Origin: Zygophlyctis sp. KS116
Taxonomy: Eukaryota; Fungi; Chytridiomycota
DNA length: 6,638 nucleotides
Reading direction: 5' to 3'
Assembly (NCBI GenBank): GCA_054661495.1
Contig: BAAFSQ010000431.1
Coordinates: 1 to 6,638, forward strand
The notes below the pieces were generated by a model. That model made no database searches, was not told where the DNA came from, and was given only the letters and a program-made list of their open reading frames with translations. The translations under genes and the position numbers were made by a program. The stretch's first letter is position 1; every line of letters starts with the position of its first letter. Of the stretch, positions 1 through 6,638 are shown piece by piece.

Positions 1-247
1 TTGAAATATGAAATTAGAGATCGCTTGGTGGATAAAGATCTCCCTGAAGATTTGGATTCTTATGTTACAGCAGTTGTAGATTTGGATAATCGATTATATC
101 GGTTAAAACAGGATAAAAGGATAAATACTTTCAATTCTAATAGTTTTGTCCCTCGGTTTTCTACTGCCTCAAATAATTCTACGTCTTCTGTTGTTCCTAT
201 GGATATTGGTGCTTTAGAGTCAAGAAAAGCAGTTGTGGATAAACCCT
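1..247 (+). pseudogene. gag: Ty3/Gypsy retrotransposon Gag, C-terminal part (5' piece, interrupted by the DNA transposon; continues at 4884)
   Basis: Frame 1 reads LKYEIRDRLVDKDLPEDLDSYVTAVVDLDNRL...VVPMDIGAL, matching the fungal Gypsy Gag pattern (end of capsid region, 'D.RL', then the 'PMDI/PMEI' motif before the zinc knuckle). The stop at 250-252 lies inside the left TIR. Confidence 0.85.
246..247 (+). repeat. Putative 2-bp target-site duplication CT (second copy 4882-4883)
   Basis: Flanks read ...AAACC-CT|TIR ... TIR|CT-TCTATG. Keeping one CT gives AAA CCC TTC TAT GTT (KPFYV), in frame with both gag halves. Confidence 0.75.
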
Positions 248-279
248 CTTAATCGGCCGACAAAATTTCTCATGACGTA
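248..279 (+). repeat. Left terminal inverted repeat
   Basis: CTTAATCGGCCGACAAAATTTCTCATGACGTA versus the reverse complement of 4850-4881, CTTATTCGGCCGAAAAAATTTCTCATGACGTA: 30/32 identical. Confidence 0.93.
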
Positions 280-309
280 ATTAAAATTTGCTTATTACTC
301 TTCTAACCC

Positions 310-428
310 TTATACTCTCTTATACTTTATTATACTCTCTTATACTATTTGATTTCAATCTTCAACTTTCAACTTTCAACTTATTCTCTCTTATACTCTT
401 TGATTTTAATTTTCAACTTTCAACTTTC
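310..428 (+). repeat. Subterminal nested tandem repeats
   Basis: 10-bp unit TTATACT(CTC/TTA/ATT) x4 at 310-349; 48-bp direct repeat 330-377 / 381-428 (44/48 identical, period 51); 7-bp TTCAACT units at the end of each copy. Confidence 0.85.
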
Positions 429-637
429 GGAAAATTATTAGACTTTTTATTTTCAAGTCACAACTTATCACGGCTAGTCCTTCCGTCGATGGGCCCACCT
501 CCACTTCGTTCCGGACCCTTCGCGACGCGGACATGACGCCTTCGCCTGCGGCTGGCTCTTGGAAATAAATCAGGTCTTTCGTGACAATGTCCTAAATTTT
601 CGCTGGTACACTCAATATCATTGCATAAAAAATCAAA

Positions 638-2896
638 CTAATGAAACGTTGTGTATTTATTTAGATCACTACTCCAAGTTTGAGGAATTTTCTTTGAGTT
701 GAGGTATTCTTCCACATCATGCATGTACTGAAATGCACCTTTGAGGCTGGATTGCATAGCTTTGAGTTGCTTGAGGTCATTCTGATGTTGATCTAATTCT
801 TTTTTCAAGAAATCCATCAGAACAGCAATCTTTGAATGTGTAATGGCAGCCTCTTTATCTTTTTCTAATATAGCAGCTTCAAAAGTATTTTCTAAACTAT
901 ATGATTGAATAAGATTGCAGAAATTTGAAGTTGAGTCAATACATTGTAATTGATTCGCTTTTAAATCATTCAGGATAATAAAAGGATAATTATCTCTGAG
1001 AACAATTTCTGAAACAAATCTTGGTTTAAAATTTACTGCTGTCACCAAATGCTTGCATAGAAAGATTGTCGAGTAAAAAAAGTGGTTACAGCTGCAAAGC
1101 CATTTCTGAATATCAACAGTGGCGTTAGTTTCTTGATTTTCACTTTGACTTGCAATTTCCCATTCTCTTAGCATTTGTTTGAACCAAATTGGGTTCCTTT
1201 TTTTAATTTTGGTTTGCTCTAATTTCAATTGAAATGAGGGTAGTAGCCATTTACAAGTGATCATCAAACACGTTTTTAAATTCTAAAATTAGTAATTTAA
1301 TAATACAGGGCGTCCAAACATGGTAAAAAAATCCCTTTTGAGAATACGGAAATGAGATTCCGCGAACATTGAAGTTCTATATCTGCATATAGAATCTTCT
1401 CGTGCTGCTCTCATCCAAATTTTTGAGTAATTCAGAGAATACCATTCATGGTATAGATAAGAAAAGGCATCTGCCAGTTTTCTTTCTACACAGTATCTAA
1501 TAATTTCTTTAAAGGATTCGTTCCTTATTTCTAGGAAAGATTTTCCCAAATCCCCCAACATAAGTGAATGCCTTAGAAAATGATATTTAACAATATTCAG
1601 AATGTCATTCACTTCTTCTGTGGATGGAATCAAAATTTTTGCATTTAATTTGGCAGTTTTTATCAAATTGATGATATCTTTTTTTGCTAAATCATCTAAA
1701 AGTAATTCACTGAAATTAAAACAAAAAATAAGTATACACTGAGAGATCCATATCCTTGAGTTTTTTTGGATTAGATATCCTTTTTTTAATGGCTCTTAGG
1801 ACATGCCAAAGGCAAAGATTAATTGTGCTCTGAGGCCAAACTTCTCTAGCGGCCCATATCTGTCCTAAATCCTTGTCCATTTTTATAAAAGTGGGCTGCA
1901 CGCCATAAGAGTTTAAATAAGAAAACCTAAAATTATGCAACTATATATTACCATTCCTTTATAGCTATTTTTCTTTGAGTTTCTTGAACCTTTCTTTCCA
2001 AATACAAGTAGCTTGCGGGGTAACCTTCTCCACTATACAAAAGAATAATAACAAATAGTTCAAAACCTTCCCTATTTGATTTGAAAGTTGAATCGACAAA
2101 TAAGTATGTCGAATCCAAGTCTATAAATGATGTGAGGAAGCATATATGTTCTTGGGCCATATTTAATAAGATACTTGAATATTTATATGATTCCAAAATA
2201 GATTTTCCGTCAAAATTTTCATTTGAATTTACTTTCTGCCAAATATAATTTATCTGAAGTTATTAAGATGAGCTACCTGAGATAAAGTTAAATTAATAAT
2301 TCGATCTTGTTCTTCCCTTGATTTCAGCTCCTTAAAGATCAGTGCAGGAGGTAGACGATGACTTAAGTCTTGAATTTCCAACTTTAGGTCATCGGGTAGC
2401 CCATTAGTGTATGGATCATGACTGAGTTCGTGCTTTACCAAAATCGTTATATATATATCCGAAAAATGAACTTTAACTTCACCATTGCACAAAAATCTTT
2501 CTTTACCATAATTAAGCCGTTTTCTTTTTTTTGGCGATAAAGTTTTAAGAGCCGTTGATTGACAGCAATAGCCATAAAGGTGATCCTCTTTACTTTTATC
2601 AAATCTTTAATTAGAACATGTTATTACCTAAATTTAAATTTGTATTTTTCATATATTAATTCGACAAATTCAATGCCAAATTCTTCCAGAGTGTAATCCA
2701 GTAGCGCTTCTCTTGGGAGAAGAATATATGCTATAGGGAACAAATCAAGATTGATAATCGATTCCAAATTATCTTCAATATATAATGGTTCAACTAGAGG
2801 ATTTTTGAGACAGTGACAACATATTTTATTTAGTTTAGCTGTAGCACTCACATGTTTGTGAGGCAGCGTAAACTTTTCACATTTTGGGCAGTACAT
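638..2896 (-). CDS. Mutator-like (MULE) DDE transposase with SWIM zinc finger, ~711 aa; exons complement(2628..2896, 2277..2604, 1952..2253, 1738..1926, 1307..1709, 638..1282)
   Basis: Five GTA..AG introns (2605-2627, 2254-2276, 1927-1951, 1710-1737, 1283-1306) join six ORF pieces into 2136 nt in frame. Motifs: N-terminal CPKC..CCHC; FAR1/WRKY-GCM1-like YCCQ..RFLCNG..H..H; LFVDSTF (first D), KMDKD (second D), CLWH (Mutator CxxH), TSMFAESHF (E), SWIM CSC..CKH. Confidence 0.92.
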
Positions 2897-2951
2897 ATTA
2901 GAAATCACCTAAATACCCCTGAAACTTCAAAAACTCAAAAAACAAAAAAAA

Positions 2952-4700
2952 TTAATTAATCATTTCTTTATTTATCCTGTACAAATTAAGACGCGCTCTA
3001 CCTTTAGCAGTATTGCATATATCCATGCAATGTCTTTTCTTTAACATGAAAATTTCTTTCCCCAAATTTCTATTAGAAGAAGATATACTTACTTCCACAT
3101 CTGCAAATTCGATCATTTCCAATAATCTAAATAAATTGATAATTTGATATGAATCTTTTAAAATTTTAGATCTAATAATATCAGACACTGAGATTTCCCT
3201 TCCCTTTAAATACATAATTCTTTGAACCATAAAAGAAACTTCTGGCGGCGGATTAATTGCTAAAGCTTGCAGATCTCCGGATAGATCTAATTGTTCTTTA
3301 TCGAAGGAATTGATAGTTCCGTCTTTCAAAATAATCCTATATTTTTCAGTTTTTTGAGATACCTTTGACGCATAAAACATAAACCTAGTGCAAGTGCCTT
3401 TTCCAAAAAGATTTGGGAAATCATTAAATCAATATCATCACCTGCCAGGGCCTTAAATTTCAAAAAAGAAACAGCTTACTCCTTCTAGAACATACAAAAC
3501 AGCCGCCAATCTTAAAACTGTGGCAGGCAGTTTTGCATGTTCTGCAATGTAAAAATCATCGTTTGTGGATTTCCTTTTTTCGTTTATATTATTATAAATT
3601 TGATCAAAGCTTTTTTCCTCTGGAGCAAACACAATTTTAAGAGAATTTTCCTACCAATTAAATTATTAAATTACGTTAGAAGAAAAATCAACTTTTCGTA
3701 ATTTTGAATGGAAATTTTCATATATTGAGGTATACAAATCTGTCTCTTTAAAATAGAAAATACCTTCCAAAATACGGCAATCGAATTGATTTTGACGTAT
3801 CACGTCGAATGTAACAAAATCATTCGAAAAGCACGTTGATATAAATCTAGCAATTATATCCATCTAATTACCTTTCCATGAGCCCATCATGATTACGCTC
3901 ATCCATATTAAGATATCGAATAACAGTTTCCGGGTGAACGCAACCAACAAAATTTAATGAGACAGAGGGTATTTCAATTATTCCCTTAGTCTTAGTAACA
4001 TTCTTAAACTTTCCACCTCCATGAAAGTTGAGGTACATGTTTCGGTATTTGTTATCATCTACAATTTAAAATTAAATTTTACCTTTGACTGAATATAATC
4101 GATTAAAAAAATCTTCAGCCTCATTAGAGACTTGCAAAATTTCTCCTTTGTTTACACTTAATTGGCTTGTAAGACCTTCTAAAGTCCCATCTAAAAATAT
4201 CAAATCAACCTGACTTGATATGCCATCAAGTGGGGCTGTCAAAGTTTTTAAGATTGGAGTCTTTTTAGACCCCTTCTTCCCAATGAGTAAACTAAAAAAT
4301 ATAACGGGCTCTTCCCATGAAAGATTTGGATCGGGTTTGACGTAGCAGTTCGAACCCATTAATAAAGAAACAATGGGTATAAGTACGGCTAAAATGGCGA
4401 TGGGGTCTACTGCTAGTGAATCACCTACCATTAAAAAATCAAAATTACTTATTTTTTTCATTAATGAAGCTGTTAGAGGGCCACAACAGTTCTCAATTGC
4501 AGGCACAACTCCCAAGCAGTCATATATTCTTTTTTTTATAATTATTAAATTACCTCTGCTTGACAGTTTCATCAAAATCTTTTTTTACTTTTTTCTTTGT
4601 TGGCCTAATATATTAATTAATTTATATACGTTTCTAGACTGAGCATTGAAATGCTCCTTTTTAGCGTAGGGGTGGATTCAGAGTTTTCAGCCGTCATCAT
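2952..4700 (-). CDS. DUF3987/YfjI-like P-loop ATPase (helicase-like), ~523 aa; exons complement(4630..4700, 4554..4604, 4083..4528, 3872..4058, 3675..3846, 3480..3650, 3363..3451, 2952..3336)
   Basis: Seven GTA..AG introns (4605-4629, 4529-4553, 4059-4082, 3847-3871, 3651-3674, 3452-3479, 3337-3362) give 1572 nt in frame. Motifs in DUF3987 order: WEEPVIFFSLLIGKKGSKKTP (Walker A), DGTLEGL, LQVSNEA (Walker B-like), LNFVGCVHP, DGLMERF (Arg finger, created by splicing), KLPATVLRLAAVL; Lys-rich NLS-like PTKKKVKK near the N-terminus. The gene structure is more certain than the family name. Confidence 0.82.
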
Positions 4701-4849
4701 TTTAAAATTTAAATAGGGTTAGAGACGCGACGCGAAAAGCCGTCGGGGTTGTTTTTCAATGACGAAATACTTGTTTTAACCAATCAGAATAAAGATAATA
4801 TTCCGTAAATTCAAAGTTGAAAAAGAAAATTGAACGCGAGAGTTGAACC
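4701..4849 (-). promoter_or_regulatory. Compact putative promoter of the element, between right TIR and the ATPase ATG
   Basis: 149 bp. ACGCGACGCGAAAA at 4725-4738 (two ACGCG cores plus CGCGAAA, MCB/SCB/E2F-like), CCAATCAG at 4780-4787, another ACGCG at 4834-4838. Confidence 0.45.
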
Positions 4850-4881
4850 TACGTCATGAGAAATTTTTTCGGCCGAATAAG
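4850..4881 (-). repeat. Right terminal inverted repeat
   Basis: TACGTCATGAGAAATTTTTTCGGCCGAATAAG, inverted copy of 248-279 with 2 mismatches. Confidence 0.93.
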
Positions 4882-4883
4882 CT

Positions 4884-4984
4884 TCTATGTTGTGGATACA
4901 AAAGAGCAATGGGATGAGATTCGCAGAATGTACCCTGATGAAAGAAGAAAAACATGTTTTGAAGAAAATAGATGTCATTATTGC
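4884..4984 (+). pseudogene. gag: Ty3/Gypsy Gag continuation (3' piece), ending at a truncated zinc knuckle
   Basis: Reads (F)YVVDTKEQWDEIRRMYPDERRKTCFEENRCHYC, the typical 'ER.R....n.C.YC' lead-in to the CCHC knuckle; the H and last C are missing; frame stops at 5021-5023. Confidence 0.8.
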
Positions 4985-4988
4985 ATAA

Positions 4989-5099
4989 GGATCAAAAGTC
5001 ATTCCAGCAAAGGCTTTGGATGATTCCGGGGCTATGGGCTTTGCGTACATGGATAGTAAGTTTGCAGAAGAAAATAATCTTAGGCAAGATTGCATATAA
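4989..5099 (+). pseudogene. Retropepsin-type aspartic protease fragment of Gypsy pol
   Basis: GSKVIPAKALDDSGAMGFAYMDSKFAEENNL with the DSG catalytic motif at 5022-5030, matching 'ALxDSGA...FID..FA...NL'; truncated by a stop at 5097-5099. Confidence 0.8.
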
Positions 5100-5287
5100 C
5101 TACTTTCTTATCTCTCATTTATTCACATTTTTGATCGGTTATAATATTCTAAATATCTATCAGTAGGACTTCAGAATGCTATTAATTTGCCAGTTTCCCC
5201 TTGGATTTAATCAATATTTCCAAGAAGTTTTTACTGTGTAACTCAGTTTTCTATACAAATCTATTATGATACATTGGCAAAGATTAT

Positions 5288-5296
5288 AGGAGGGGG
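5288..5296 (+). other. Possible polypurine tract of the decayed LTR retrotransposon
   Basis: AGGAGGGGG followed by TG, downstream of pol remnants; no second LTR copy in the window to confirm. Confidence 0.25.
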
Positions 5297-5841
5297 TGAT
5301 CTCTCGCGCTTCAAATGGTTTAGAGCCTAGTTTGCTAAGATGCTAGATTGATCGTGATAAGTGGAAGCAGTGGCGTAGTTTTAGTTTGTATTGTCAACAA
5401 AGTTCTTTTGTCTTGTTCTTTGTTGTCTCAAACTCCGTCTTGGTCTCAGGCCTAGTACCTTTTTTCCCGTCTCAGGGTTTTTGATGGCTAGTAAGTATAA
5501 GGAACCACAAATATTCTTTGAGGCTTATCTTTATTAGGTGTTTTTAGTAGACTATCAATAAAATCTCTTGATCTCTCTATTTTGTTTCTGATTTGAATTT
5601 GTGATATCGAATTTGAATTATCTTTGATCTTAAATATCTGAATCTATTAGGTGTTCAAGTATAAGTAAAAGTTGAATTTATCAGTGGTAGCTTGGAAAAT
5701 GGAAGATTGATTAGTAGATCAGCGGCTAATCTCAGTCAGAGATTACTTTTGTAGAATCTATTGGACATCAAGCCCCGAATCTTACTTTGGCTCTGCCGGA
5801 ACGATAAAATGGAAGTATTGGCCGGTACAGGGACTTAACCC

Positions 5842-5992
5842 TTTTTCGACGATCCAAATGCACAGCGGCATGCCGCAAATGCATTGGCTAGATTGAAGCA
5901 AGGCAAAAAATCTTGTCTGGCCTTCGCTACTAAATTCAGAAAGCTGGCTAATGAGACCGGCCAGTAGCTTCTTCAGAAAGGGATTGAATGAT
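5842..5992 (+). pseudogene. gag: Second Ty3/Gypsy Gag (Retrotrans_gag-like capsid) remnant
   Basis: FFDDPNAQRHAANALARLKQGKKSCLAFATKFRKLANETG (stop 5965-5967), then frameshifted FFRKGLND; matches 'F.DP.....A...L..LkQG..S...Y...F..LA...G......F..GL'. Weaker upstream traces (KEPQIF ~5497, KVEFIS ~5668) may extend it to ~5485. Confidence 0.85.
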
Positions 5993-6275
5993 TTTTCACA
6001 ACAAAAATCCTTTGACAGACAATCATCTATTGAAAATTATTCCCAACAGAATAGAGATGCTGCTGTTCGTCGGTCGAACGAAGATGTAGGATGGGAAGAC
6101 GTGGATATTGATTACAACGAATTCTGGGAGGACTACCATCACTTGGATGTACAGGTATGTTTCATTGAATTTTTTCATCAAAAACAATTCTAATTTATTA
6201 TGATTTCTTTTGGTACTTGAATTATAGCATTTCCGAGTTAAATGTGTGTCCCAACTTGTAATGACGAGCCACAGG

Positions 6276-6626
6276 TTAGTCCCTAGTATTATGAAAATGA
6301 AACACTGTAACAGTCTTAACATTAGGGCACTTGCTGTTAACATACATACTATATAAACTACACATAAACTCTGATCGTCCCAGAAAAAAACGCCAGTGAA
6401 AAAGATCTTGATTCTTGATATCGTGCTGTTGCTTCTTTTTTCGAATTCTTTCGTTCGCTTCTTCGACATATTCCGATTTACTATTTCCATACAGAGGCTG
6501 CGAATCATAAATGAAGTTGCCCATTTTCTCTGGCGTACTATTAGAAGCTTCTTCTTGGTATTTGTCTTCCCCAGTAAACGCTCCTTCACTTTGCCATATA
6601 CTGCTCAGCTTCTTCCATCCTTTTTT
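6276..6626 (-). other. Unassigned open frame (possible exon or decayed coding sequence)
   Basis: Stop-free frame KKGWKKLSSIWQSEGAFTGEDKYQEEASN...EEANERIRKKKQQ...; protein-like charged composition, no recognisable motif; overlaps a second open minus frame (6023..6589). Confidence 0.2.
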
Positions 6627-6638
6627 TTAATACGACGT

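Larger units (their letters stand above)
248..4881 (-). mobile_element. Two-gene TIR DNA transposon (MULE-like transposase + DUF3987-like ATPase), 4634 bp
   Basis: 32-bp inverted repeats at 248-279 and 4850-4881; CT direct repeat at 246-247 and 4882-4883; excision restores an in-frame gag; two internal CDSs splice into uninterrupted ORFs. Confidence 0.9.

Noticed and set aside
232-241. GTTGTGGATA repeated at 4889-4898 as a 10-bp Mutator-type TSD
   Set aside because: The copies are 6-7 bp away from the TIR ends, not abutting; both encode VVD in the restored gag frame, so this is an internal gag repeat.
249-252. TTAA as a piggyBac/Kolobok-type TSD (element 253..4876)
   Set aside because: The right side reads ATAA, the inverted match extends through these bases, and this empty site would put a stop and frameshift in gag.
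310-428. CRISPR-like array
   Set aside because: No unique spacers, low-complexity units and a eukaryotic context.
288-536. 82-aa hydrophobic + strand ORF
   Set aside because: Translation of the subterminal tandem repeats; TTG start and no motif.
570-590. GTGACA as an LTR 3' end
   Set aside because: No matching TGTCAC start or second LTR copy, and it lies inside the TIR-bounded element.
3070-3092. GTAAGT..CTAATAG 23-nt intron-like segment in the last ATPase exon
   Set aside because: Not needed: the frame is open through it and splicing would shorten the C-terminus. Left unspliced in the model, but it cannot be excluded without RNA data.
638-4575. Fragmented ORFs as pseudogenes or stop-codon reassignment
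   Set aside because: Every break is explained by a GTA..AG intron, most of which shift frame, which readthrough could not fix.
4373-4642. 89-aa + strand ORF
   Set aside because: Antisense shadow of the ATPase gene, crossing two of its introns.
4811-5166. ORFs 4811..5095 (-) and 4972..5166 (+)
   Set aside because: Antisense or off-frame to the gag and protease remnants; the first crosses the TIR junction.
6023-6589. 188-aa minus-strand ORF as a real gene
   Set aside because: GTG start, no recognisable domain, and it overlaps other open frames on both strands.

Overview
AT-rich eukaryotic DNA (standard genetic code, probably an early-diverging fungus or relative; inferred) made almost entirely of nested transposable elements. 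The centre is an apparently intact 4634-bp DNA transposon (248..4881) bounded by 32-bp imperfect terminal inverted repeats (30/32 identical) and a 2-bp CT duplication. It sits inside the gag ORF of a decayed Ty3/Gypsy retrotransposon, and removing it plus one CT copy restores the gag reading frame. The element carries two co-oriented minus-strand genes that the ORF track shows only as fragments, because they are split by twelve 23-28 nt GTA..AG introns. One is a ~711-aa Mutator-like (MULE) DDE transposase with a SWIM finger; the other is a ~523-aa DUF3987/YfjI-like P-loop ATPase (helicase-like). A MULE-type transposase with an ATPase partner, short C-starting TIRs and a 2-bp TSD does not fit the textbook Mutator definition and is the candidate undescribed system. 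The right flank holds further Gypsy remnants (gag end, aspartic protease, a second gag) and an unassigned ORF region. All family calls come from motif recognition by eye; no database search was run.
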